This document shows positions 54,283 through 64,000 of a DNA stretch of 64,000 nt, piece after piece. The notes below the pieces were generated by a model, which was not told where the DNA came from, searched no databases, and worked only from the letters and a program-made list of their open reading frames with translations. Position 1 is the first letter of the stretch, and each line of letters starts with the position of its first letter. Source of the DNA: an uncultured Planctomycetaceae bacterium. Its GTDB lineage: Bacteria > Planctomycetota > Planctomycetia > Planctomycetales > Planctomycetaceae. Where the stretch lies: the NCBI GenBank assembly GCA_963813715.1, contig CAWFAK010000016.1, forward strand, positions 256,001 to 320,000, read 5' to 3'. Both the position numbers and the translations under genes were made by a program.

Positions 54283-55564
54283 ATGAAACTGCGTCATTCC
54301 GCGCTGGTCGTCGTTTTTCTCCTTGTTACCGCTCCGCCAGCATCGGCGAGCGAGCGCGAGTCCAAGCCTTGGGTCGCCTTCCCGGTCACAACTCGCCTTC
54401 AGCACCGGTTGATCTTTGCGTCAAACTCGGATGCCTACGTGCAGATCGACGTCGAATCGTGCTTGCACAATGGCAAATTCGACGTCGCGCGACTCGGCAG
54501 CGAGAGCTTTGCAAAGGACCTGACGGAACTGGCGCGGCAGTCAAGAAAGACCAAGCCTCAATTGCAACTCTGTTTCCGCTACGCCGGTGCTTCGCTCGAT
54601 CGGAAGGAGACGCGTTCCATGGAGAAGTCGGTGAGTGACATCTGCCGGAAAGCCGGTTTCCCTCGCGTCCGTACGATGATGACCGGCGAGGGAGGCATGT
54701 GGACTGAAAAAATGGCAATGCTCGAAACGCTGGCCGACGACGCAGACACAAGCGAGTCGCCGCTGGAAAGCGACGTCGCGCGGGTCTATCCCGTGCGCAC
54801 CCGGCTTTCGCGATTTCTCCTCGGCAACCAGACCGATTGCTTTATCGTCCTGCGGCAGCCGATTGACGGCCGTTTCCAAGACTTCTCGCCTGAGGTGCGA
54901 CGGGAGCTTGCCGAATCGGTGGCGAAACTTGGCGTGGGGCACCGGCGTCGCGTCACATTCAATTGCGACGCGACGACAGCCGGCGAGCAGGTTTTGAGGC
55001 GCTTTACTCAGAACGACGGTCGCTCGTCACCGGCCGCCCCTTTCGTCAAGGAGCTGGGTTTCCAGACGAGCGGCTGGGGCTGGACGCCGATGGGGGTGAA
55101 GCCCGAGAAGCTGCTCGGCAAGCCGGCTCCGGACTTCACGCTCGAGGCGTTGGAAGGCGGCCCGATCCACTTGCGGGAAATGATGCGCGGCCGCGTCGGG
55201 ATCATCGCATTTTGGGGAGTCGGCTGCGGCGCCTGCTGCGAGGAAGCGCGTTACCTGAGCGAACTCTCAAGTCGCCACGCGAACCAAGGCTTGGTCGTCA
55301 TCGGGATCAATGGCTACAACGAAAGCCGGCCCGTCGTGGAGAAGTTCGTGCGCGAAGGGACTCAAGCATTTCATCGCCCTCCAAGGTCGCAAAGTCGCGC
55401 TGGGCCAGTACACCGTCTGGTCGTATCCCGTGACGTTCTTCGTCGACCACACGGGTGCGATTGCCGATTACCACCTGGGCTTCGACGCCGGCGACGAAAA
55501 GTTGCTGGCCAAGACCGTCGAACGCCTGTTGGCGGAGCGCGAAAAGGCAATCGCCAAGAAGTGA
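54283..55564 (+). CDS. Secreted protein with C-terminal TlpA/redoxin domain (frameshift near 55358)
   Basis: Signal peptide; GKPAPDFTL and FWGVGCGAC (CxxC); shifted frame gives YTVWSYPVTFFVD. Confidence 0.8.
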
Positions 55565-55713
55565 GCCGCCACTTAGAGTTTCGCGACTTGTTTCTACGCT
55601 CCTAGAAACGCCGTCTTGCGGCCCGCGTTGCTACCGGTAGGCTAAACGGTATCCCTCTTGGGACGGGAGCGGAGCCCGGTCGGCGTGCGCCCGGAGCAAA
55701 GAGAAGGCGTGCC

Positions 55714-56314
55714 GGGACGGGACTCGTGGCTTCATCGGGCAAGCCCGGCGAACTTGGCCTCGCCCCTGGTCAGAATCCTGACCGCAACCGACGGGTGAGG
55801 GGCTCGGGACTGGGACCGGGATTCGGATGGGGGACTGGGACGGGACACCGGGACGGGACACGTTGTTTCATCGAGCGAAACCCGGGCCTATTTCACAATC
55901 GCCCTTGGGTAGCTCCTGACCGCTACGGACGGGCGACTTGGCGTTGGATTCGGTCGGGACACCGGGACGGGACAAGTTGTTTTACCGAGCGAAACCCGGG
56001 AGAATTTGCTCACTGGTCAGCTCTTAACCGCAGCCGACGGGCGATTGGAACGGGAATCGGGACGGGACGGGACTCGTTGTTTCACCGAGAAAAGCCCGAG
56101 GAATTTGATGCAGCCTGCTGACGCCGGGACTGGGACGGGACACGTCGTTTCATCGAGCGTAGCCCGAGGAATTTGGCCGCTAACCGCACCGACGGGTGAT
56201 ACGGGACCCTTTAGAGTCCAAGGTCCAAAGTCAGGGAGGGGCCTTAAGGCGGATCGGGATCCGGACGGGCCTCGGGACTGGGACGGGACACCGGGCTGGC
56301 ACTTGGGACGGGAC
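55714..56314. repeat. Degenerate tandem array of five units plus partial units in a non-coding region
   Basis: Core GGGACGGGACwCGTTGTTTCAyCGAGCGAAACCCG starts at 55714, 55850, 55964, 56064 and 56132; a second motif yT(G/A)ACCGC..sGACGGGyGA follows in four of the five units. Confidence 0.85.
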
Positions 56315-56349
56315 GTATCGATCGTCGGCCGCGTGAAGTTTGGTTACGG

Positions 56350-56532
56350 CTATTTGGTCCGCGTCAGTGCGAAGTAGATGACGTAGAGCCAGGACAAAAT
56401 TCCGGCAAGGATCGCCCACAAGATCGAGCGATTGCGGTCCCAGGAGCAGACGACGGCGATAACCGAGCCGAGGCCGATCCCAGTCTGGGTGACAATCACC
56501 GACTGGTCGGCAGCATAGTAGGCAAGCAGCAT
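56350..56532 (-). CDS. Small membrane protein (60 aa)
   Basis: GSVIAVVCSWDRNRSILWAILAGILSWLYVIYF, two hydrophobic segments. Confidence 0.7.
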   Translation of the reverse strand: MLLAYYAADQSVIVTQTGIGLGSVIAVVCSWDRNRSILWAILAGILSWLYVIYFALTRTK

Positions 56533-56567
56533 TCGGCTGCTCCGTATGTCGGGTTCGCGAGTTGACC

Positions 56568-57599
56568 CTACTTCTTCAGCAAGTCGGCCATCAGGATCTT
56601 GATTTCAGCATCCGACATGTGCTGCACGGTTGTCCGCAGCATCTTCTCAAAATGCTCGATTTCTTTCGGCTCGCTGGGGTAGCCGATGTTGCCTTCCGCA
56701 GCGTCGCTGTTGATCAGGGGCTTGCCGTCGGCATCGAGGATCACGACCCAGGGAATGCCGCCTTGGGCTTTCGGGCGAAGTTTTTTCATCACGTCGTTGG
56801 CGTGCGTGAATCGCTCGTCGACCGTGATCCAGACGTAGTCCTTTTCGACGAGCGGGCGGTGTTGATCGAGGTACCGGGCCAAGACGTGACACCAGCCGCA
56901 CCAATTGGCGCTCTGTTCGACGAACACGCGTTTGTTCTCGCTGCGAGCCTGAAGCAGCGCATCGGCCAAACGCTTCTGTGCGTCCGGCACGGGCGGTTCG
57001 CCTTTCTTCAGGAATGCGGTGAGCGGCGCTGCTTCCCTTTTCGCGCCCGGCCAGAGCTCAGCGGCGGTCGTGGCTGCGATCAATTGTCCGTCGGGGTCGA
57101 CGACGGCGAGAAGGGCGTCATCGCCCGCTGGAGCGGTTAAGTGCCATTTCTCGAAAAATGTCTTGAGCTCGGACGCTCCTGCGGGGGCCGAGGTGTCGAT
57201 CGCCAAGCGGGTGAAATTCCCGAGCTGTTCGCTAGCTTCCTGGTCACCGTTTCGCATCGCTGAGCCATGAAGGAGAATCGAAAAGAAACGCTGGCAGGCG
57301 TCGCTCTTCCGCGCCGCGGCGAAAATCAGGACGCGATTTTCAAAGAGCCGGGCGTCGACAAGTTTATTCTCGAGCCGCGTTGCGAGCGGCTCTTTGACAT
57401 CCATCGTCCGCGCGATCAGTTTGTCCAGAGCCGGCGAGCGGTAGATCAGCACCTCCGGCTTCTTCTGGCCTTCCTCCGTCGGCCGGTGAGCGGGTGCGGT
57501 CGTTGGTTCCGCTGGTTTGTCGCCATCCGCCACTGCCCATCCACTGAAGCACGCCAACGAGCACGCGACCAGAACGGCCACAGGTTTCTTGTGCAGCAT
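56568..57599 (-). CDS. Secreted thioredoxin-family protein
   Basis: Signal peptide; ARSENKRVFV..SANWCGWC and GGIPWVVILDADG. Confidence 0.85.
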   Translation of the reverse strand: MLHKKPVAVLVACSLACFSGWAVADGDKPAEPTTAPAHRPTEEGQKKPEVLIYRSPALDKLIARTMDVKEPLATRLENKLVDARLFENRVLIFAAARKSDACQRFFSILLHGSAMRNGDQEASEQLGNFTRLAIDTSAPAGASELKTFFEKWHLTAPAGDDALLAVVDPDGQLIAATTAAELWPGAKREAAPLTAFLKKGEPPVPDAQKRLADALLQARSENKRVFVEQSANWCGWCHVLARYLDQHRPLVEKDYVWITVDERFTHANDVMKKLRPKAQGGIPWVVILDADGKPLINSDAAEGNIGYPSEPKEIEHFEKMLRTTVQHMSDAEIKILMADLLKK

Positions 57600-57818
57600 G
57601 AGGATTTCCTTCGACGGTCGATTCTCAAGCACAAACCGGCACGACAGACTTGCCGTGCGACACGAAGCAACGCCGTCCGAGACTATACCGACTTGCGAAT
57701 GGCGTTTACAGACCCCCCGGAAATGCCGGCAATTGGCGTAATGCGTCCCGCTATGTGGCGCCGGGTCAGGTGATCTATATTGAATTCGGCGCGAACGCGA
57801 ACTTCCAGGAGCACATCG

Positions 57819-58607
57819 ATGAAACTCGGCATGGTGACCTATCAATGGGGGGCGAATTGGGATCTCCCCACGCTCATCAAGAATTGCGCCGACAACGGCT
57901 ACGCCGGCGCCGAGCTGCGGACGACGCATAAGCACGGCGTCGAGGTCACGCTCACCAAGGACCAGCGCGCCGACGTGCAGAAGCGCTTCGTCGACGCGGG
58001 GGTCGAGGTCATCGGCATCGGTTCGACGTGTGAGTTTCACAGCAACGATCCGACCGTCGTGAAGAAGAACATCGAGCTGACCAAGCAGTCTGTCGTGCTC
58101 TCACACGATATCGGCGGGGGCGGCGTGAAGGTTCGGCCCAACGGGCTCGTCAAAGGCAAGGATCGGCACGGCACGGCCGAGCAGATCGGCAAGGCGCTCC
58201 GCGAGTGTGGCCAGTTCGCCGAGGGCTACGGGATGGAGATTCGCCTGGAGGTGCACGGCCGCGAGAGTTCCGATTTGTCGCTGATCGCCGACATCATGCA
58301 GGCTGCCGATCAGGCGAACGTCGGAGTCTGCTGGAACTCGAACGCCAGCGACGTCGTCAACGGCTCGGTGAAAACCAACTTCGATCGCGTCAAGAAAAAG
58401 CTCGGCCGCACCTGCCACATCAACGAACTGTACTCGGGCTATCCCTACCGCGAACTGTTCACGCTGCTGCAGGGAGCCGGCTTCGAGGGCTATTGCCTGG
58501 CCGAGTGCCAGGCGACCACTGATCCGAAGCAAGTGATGCGCTATTACCGCAAGCTGTGGCAGGAACTATCACGCCTGCCAGACACCAGCCGCCCGCACAC
58601 GGTCTGA
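57819..58607 (+). CDS. Sugar phosphate isomerase/epimerase (xylose isomerase-like TIM barrel)
   Basis: MKLGMVTY, ELRTTHKHGVE, IRLEVHG, VCWNSN and HINEL; AGGAG RBS. Confidence 0.85.
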   Translation: MKLGMVTYQWGANWDLPTLIKNCADNGYAGAELRTTHKHGVEVTLTKDQRADVQKRFVDAGVEVIGIGSTCEFHSNDPTVVKKNIELTKQSVVLSHDIGGGGVKVRPNGLVKGKDRHGTAEQIGKALRECGQFAEGYGMEIRLEVHGRESSDLSLIADIMQAADQANVGVCWNSNASDVVNGSVKTNFDRVKKKLGRTCHINELYSGYPYRELFTLLQGAGFEGYCLAECQATTDPKQVMRYYRKLWQELSRLPDTSRPHTV

Positions 58608-58707
58608 CGCAGATTGTTTACGCGATGGCGAATTCCGCCGAGCGGGGGGTGTCAACCCCCCGAGGCAACCGACTCAATGCTTCAACCGCGCATTCAAGTA
58701 TGAGCAT

Positions 58708-60110
58708 TCAGCTCGCAGTCCCACCAGCCTCGCCCGGCGGCGGGCTCGGATTGCTCGGCGGCACGGGCGGCGACGCCGGCGCGGACGGGTCGATCCGCGG
58801 TTTTTCCGGATCAATTACGCCGGGCACGCGGCGCGGTCCGGCGGCGAAGTCTCCCTCGGGCGGACGTTCGATGACGGGCTGATCGGAGGCGGCCACTCCC
58901 ACGAAGGGACGCAGCTCGTCTTTATCCTCGGTGGGCGGCGGGAACACCTCGCGGAAGTCGGTGGCATCGTCGACGTGCCGCAACAACAGGTAAATCACCG
59001 TGCTGGCTGTCCAGAAAAAGCTGGTGGCAAAAGCCGCGACGAGTAGGCCGACGAGCTGCAGCCAGGCCCCGGCGATATACGTCCCGGCACCGACGTTCGA
59101 CGTCGTCGCCTTGCTGATGAACGCCGGTCCGCCGACCGAGTCGGGTGCGCCGAAGAGCATCTCTGCGGCGCGGGTCGGGCCCATTCCCGACGCGACGCCG
59201 GCCGCCGAAAGATAAACCACCAGCGACGCGACGACGGAAATAAAGGTCGTGACGAACGCCCCATAGGTGATGGCCACGATCGCGAACCACAGGTAGTGCC
59301 AGGGCCGCGTGAAGACGTAGCTATACGAACGACTGAAGGCGTCGAAACCGTCGCTGGCCTCGACGCCGATCGTGGCGTACATCAGCGGCCAGCCAGCGAC
59401 GGCGGCGATCAGAATCAGCGCCATCAGAAAGCCAAAGGCCAGCTCGAGGCCCCACAACAGTCCGAGCGCAGGCGGCCCGATGTAGGGAATGCGACCGATC
59501 CAGCCGCCGATCGTGCACAGGAGCCAAAAGATGCCGATCCCGACGACGGGCAGCAGGGCAGCCGTCATGTACGACAGAAAATTCTCCAGCGAGAAGCGGA
59601 GTGCGCCGGAGAAGGCCATCGGAGCGTCGGTGGCCTGTTCGACGGCCGCGATCCTCGTCATTGCCCCGCCCAGGATCGCCCAGACACACAGTGCCCACAA
59701 GAGCCGCGTCCACGCGAGAGCCTTTTGGCTCCAGCTCGCGTCGGGCAGCAAAATGACACGGGCAGGCTCAAGCACCGTACGCGCGGGTTGCAGCATCCCC
59801 TCCCAACTCGACGCCACCCCGACGAGCGCACCCACGGGTTGTGCACGACTTTGGCGGGGAGATCGAGCGGGTTGTCGGCGGCCGGCCGGTGCCATGTGTA
59901 CGCGACGCGCGATTCGGGAGAGCTTTTGGCCGCGGCGGCAAACGGCAGACTCGTAAAGACCCAATCGCCCACTGCCAGGGCCACGAGCGCCACGCAGCTC
60001 AACGTCAGCATTCGCAGGTCAATGGCCGTGCGGAACACGCGGAATAAGCGCACCCACGGAAAGATCCGCTTCCAATCGACTTTGCCGAGTTCGACAACGG
60101 TATCCGGCAT
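58708..60110 (-). CDS. Multi-pass membrane protein (frameshift near 59820)
   Basis: N-terminus in 59658..60110 (WKRIFPWVRLFR); TM body in 58708..59964 (DGFDAFSRSYSYV, IYLLLRHVDDA). Confidence 0.7.
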
Positions 60111-60425
60111 CGGTGGCGTGCGTTGGATCCAGGATGTGAGTCAGGAAGAGGCCAAACCTCGATTATATTGCCGAAACCGACCCCGTGCCGCGACCAGCGC
60201 GGCCAAATTTAAGGGTGCCGCGACCGATTTGCGGCCAATTTCGGGACTTTTTGGCCGGGAATTTGGCGGATGGCGCGGGACCTGCGCGTCGAGCCAGTGG
60301 GCGTCGCGTCACGCGATTCGGCACAGCGGCGGCCGAGAGTTGGCGTGAGGTCGAAGACGTTGTCCGCCGAGCTCGTGCCGTTTGAGTGCAATGCCGGCCG
60401 GAGGTGGTCAGCCGGCCCTGCCTGT

Positions 60426-61214
60426 TCAGGCGGCCGTGCCATTCGTCAGAAAGCGGCCGTTGCAGAGATCGGCGACCGAGTCGACGATCGTGTCGGGGCG
60501 ATAGGCGTAGTTGTCGACATCCTCTTTCCGCGTGCTGCCGGAGAGAACGAGGACCGTGCGATAGCCCATCTGCACGCCGCCCAGAATGTCCGTCTCCATC
60601 GTGTCGCCGATCATGATCGTCTCATCGGCAGACAGGCCCAGTTCTTTGCGGGCCGCCCGCATCATCACGGGGCTGGGTTTGCCGACGCTGAACGCCTTGC
60701 GTCCGGTGGCCGTTTCCAAGAGCGCGACGATCGCGCCGCAGCCGGGCCGCATGCCTTGTTGCGTCGGACAGTTCGGATCGAGATTGGTGGCGACGAGCTT
60801 GGCCCCTTTTTGGATCATGCGGACGGCCGTCTCGAACATCTCGAAGTTGAGCGCCCGCCCTTCTCCAACGACCACGTAGTCGGGGTCATGATCGACAATC
60901 GCGTAGCCGTTGGTGTGAAGGGCTTGCAACAGGCCGCCTTCGCCGATGACGAATGCGGTCCCGTTTGGTTTCTGCTGTGCTAAGAAGCGCGCCGTCGCCA
61001 TTGCGCAGGTGAAGACGTGCCGCTCCTCGGCCTGGATGCCCATGCGGCGGAGCTTGGTGGCCACGTCGCGGCGCGTGCGCTGGCTGTTGTTTGTGAGAAA
61101 CAAAAACGGCACTTCCGTGCGTCTCAGGTGATTGACGAAGGTTTGGGCGCCGGCGATCAATTCGGATCCGCGATAGATGACTCCATCCATGTCGATCAAA
61201 AACCCGCGAGCCAT
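60426..61214 (-). CDS. HAD-IIA hydrolase, NagD-like
   Basis: IDMDGVIY, LTNNS, ATNLD, GKPSP and MIGDTMETDI. Confidence 0.92.
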   Translation of the reverse strand: MARGFLIDMDGVIYRGSELIAGAQTFVNHLRRTEVPFLFLTNNSQRTRRDVATKLRRMGIQAEERHVFTCAMATARFLAQQKPNGTAFVIGEGGLLQALHTNGYAIVDHDPDYVVVGEGRALNFEMFETAVRMIQKGAKLVATNLDPNCPTQQGMRPGCGAIVALLETATGRKAFSVGKPSPVMMRAARKELGLSADETIMIGDTMETDILGGVQMGYRTVLVLSGSTRKEDVDNYAYRPDTIVDSVADLCNGRFLTNGTAA

Positions 61215-61601
61215 AATCTGCCTTTTTTTTCAGCGTACCGACTGAGACTCTGTGCACCGGAAGCAGCTCGGACCGACAGCGCACACGATCCCTCATATTG
61301 AGCCTCGGATTCCCCGGCATGATTTCCAGCCTGTTTTTCGCTGGATTTCCCGCCTCATTTTCGCCGGGAGATTTCAAGATTCGATGAATCGCTCCGGAGT
61401 TTTTGACACGGCGCGCGAGTATTGGCCAAGGGAAGTGCAACCGGCGTGCCGTTGGACCTGGCCGCGACCATCCTAAAACGCAGAACGTGTCATCGAATTT
61501 GCGCGAAGCGGGGTGCCTGCGGGTTTCGGGCGAGTAAGCGGACGCGGGCGTTCTTGCAGAAATCGCGACCGGGCGATGAAGAATGCGCGGGGCATGAGTC
61601 G

Positions 61602-63373
61602 CTATTTATTTGGCAGCTCGAGCACGCCGTTCCAACCGGTTGGCGGCACGCGATTGTGCTGCGCAATGACGACGCCCAAGAAGTCCTGCGCCGGTCGCTG
61701 GCGGGCATGCGGTGCAGATCCTGGTAGGCGTCTTCCCAACGGCCGTCGATGAAATGCCCGACCGCCTGATCGAAGAACGCGACTTGTTCGTCGGTGAGCA
61801 CGCCCTCGGCCGATGCCGGCGGCAACAGCTCGCTGACGAGGACGGGCGTTTCGATCCCGTAGGGCAGAACTTTCGCGAGTCGCCGCGTCCGCCCTTCACG
61901 CCGGTCAAGCCGCGCGTTGACGATCGCCGCCGTCGCTTCGTCGATCACGATCGGCACTCGCAGCTGCTTGGTCATGCTTTCCAGTCGGCTGGCCAGATTC
62001 ACCACCGGTCCGAACACCGTAACCTTCACCTGCTCAGCCGTGCCGATCTTCCCCGCGACGGCGCGGCCGTGCGCGACGCCGATGCCGACCTGAAAATTCT
62101 TGAGCGGGTGGTCCTGCCGGCCGAACGTCTCCTGAAAGGCGGCGCGGATGCCGAGCGCCGCGCGGCACGCTTCGAGCGGCGCCTCCGGCGAGGAGATCGG
62201 CCAGCCCCAAAAGCCCATTGCGGCGTCGCCCTGGAAGTCGCCGGTCACTCCACCGTGCTTGAGGATCTGGCTCGTCATCACTCCGAGTGCGCGGCTCACG
62301 CGTTCGAGCAGTCCGCGGAGATTGTTGGCCGCCGCCTCCGCCGTTTGGCTGAAGCCGCGGAGGTCGCAGAACAACACGGTGACGTCGCATTCGCGCGGCT
62401 CGAGCAGGGCCGTGTCGAGGTCATCGCCCAAGGCCGACAAGATGGGCGGGGCGAAGAACTGACGCAACCCCGACTTTTGCCGCTCGAAGCGATTGAGCCG
62501 CAACACCGAGCTGACAATCTCCGCGACGAGCTCGGTGAACTTGACGTCGGCTTGCAGGAAAACACCGTCGGCCCGCGCGATCTGTCCGGTCGCCAGCGGC
62601 CGGTCTTGACCGCCCGTGACGTAGATTCCCCAGGACGAGTTGCCGTCGGCGACCGGCGTGCAATAGGCCCAGTCGAACTCCGCCGAGATCGTGTATTTGC
62701 TGTCGGCCAGTTTCGCCGACTCCCAGACGTGCAGCACGCTGCGCCGGCGGCGCAAAATCGCATCGCCGATGAGCCGCGCGCTGGGCTGGACAAGGCCGGC
62801 AGCTTCGCGGCGGCGATCCCAGTTGAGCACGTGAACGGCCCCGGCATCGTCAATTTGGACGATCGCCACCGCCTCGGCGCTGCCGACGCCCGCCAGGATC
62901 AGGCTCGACACCCGTTGATACAGCTCGCTTTGCGTGCGCGCACTCCAGATGACTTCGTGCAGCCGCGTCAATACGTCGAACCGGCGATCGGCATCGCTGA
63001 ACCGCACGTTCCGGAGCACGTGCGGATCGAAGGTGACTTCTTCCAGCGGCCCCGTCTCGCTCAACCGGGACGGGACGGGCCGCTCCAGCGTGAAGGTCGT
63101 CGTGCCGATGACGAAACGCTCCCCCTCCTCGAGCGAGAAACGCCCGGACTGCCGCCCGTTGACGAAGACCGGATTGCGCGCTTCGGGCAGCATCTCGACG
63201 CTCAAACGGCCGTCGGCCAGCGTCAGACGGACATGACGGCGGGAAATGTGCGCGTCCCAGGGAACGGCCAAATCCGCGCCGCCGTCGCGGCCGAGCAGAT
63301 ACGCGCGGGCCGACTCCAGGTCGTGCCGCCACTGCTGGCCGCGATCCAATCCTTGTGCGACGAGGACGAACAC
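61602..63373 (-). CDS. FHA + GAF-like + class III nucleotidyl cyclase (frameshift near 61690)
   Basis: LGR..WDAHISRRH and NPVFVNG (FHA); VTVLFCDLRGFS, GDAAM and GPVVNLASRLE (cyclase); shifted frame ends WNGVLELPNK*. Confidence 0.88.
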
Positions 63374-63508
63374 TGGCGGTTCTCTTCGGCCCGTGCGAGG
63401 GAAGACAACGATCCGGTTCCCGCGCGCTACAGCCCGCGCGGCGTCGGCGTCCCGAGGCCGCCGCCCGTCCCGCGATTCGGCCTCAGGGGCCAGAAACGGG
63501 GCGTGCGA

Positions 63509-64000
63509 TCAACTCAGCGCGCGGCCCACAAAGTACCACAACAGGCCGATCAGCGCCACAACTCACGAGCAGGGCCCAGAGCCCGGCCCGGGTCAGCCGT
63601 GACTTCATCTCCTGCACGGGCTCGAGGGCCGCGCTGCGCCGCTCCTGCACGACGGCCACCCAATCGGTCCAGGGGACGGCGGCAAACGCCGCCAGCCATT
63701 CGCCGGAGAGATCCTTCGAGGCAATGTCGAGGCGGCTCAAGGGGTCGATGTAATGCTCGTCCACCTCGGAGTCGAGCTTGCCCAGGGGCGCGTCGGCGCG
63801 CGTCAGACGTTGGAGTTTTGCCCGCACCTCGTCCGAGACGCGGAACGATGCGAGCACCTCCGGCTTGAGCGTTTGTTGCCGCAACTCCTGGTGATGCTTG
63901 TCGAACCACGTATGGTCCAGCACGTTGCCCCGCGACCGTTCGATCAGCGCGATTTCCCGCGTGTCGTCGGGCGCGCCGGACGGGGAATCCGGCTCCGCGA
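63509..64000 (-). CDS. C-terminal part of a membrane sensor protein (Cache-like domain plus TM; truncated by window edge; frameshift near 63555)
   Basis: Frame open to the window edge; YIDP, WLAAFAAV and WVAVVQE followed by a TM helix. Confidence 0.55.

Noticed and set aside
55714..56314. CRISPR array, hammerhead ribozyme array or integron attC sites
   Set aside because: Repeats are degenerate, periods vary from 68 to 136 nt, the spacers share a second motif and no cas genes are present. There is no CUGANGA core and no paired RYYYAAC/GTTRRRY ends.

Overview
High-GC bacterial chromosome segment, most likely from a Planctomycete. This is inferred from gene content: an M56 peptidase with helical repeats, DUF6807, SpoIIM/RDD, a nuoI-DUF2203-nuoA-C-D block, an FHA-GAF-cyclase and REP-type palindromes. 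It is mostly housekeeping (metX/metW, trpD, nuo, uvrC, glmS, ispH, fabH, a YbhGFSR-like ABC exporter with a TolC-like protein, YhaO/YhaN-like proteins). Many genes, including essential ones, carry single-base frameshifts, several in C runs; I read these as long-read assembly errors. No rRNA, tRNA, CRISPR array, integrase or transposase was recognised. Most notable: (1) a ~0.9 kb antitoxin-VapC cassette at the 3' end of glmS flanked by an exact 18-bp direct repeat of the last 18 nt of glmS, with no integrase; (2) a low-GC stand-alone polymorphic-toxin tip plus putative immunity gene inside an ltp4-ltp3-DUF35-DUF35 aldolase-like operon; (3) a ~600-bp non-coding array of five degenerate repeats with a conserved hairpin and clustered G-quadruplex motifs between two convergent thioredoxin-fold genes; (4) a class III cyclase whose ATP-specifying Lys is replaced by Asp; (5) several REP/REPIN-like palindrome families. 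Family assignments come from motif recognition, not database searches.
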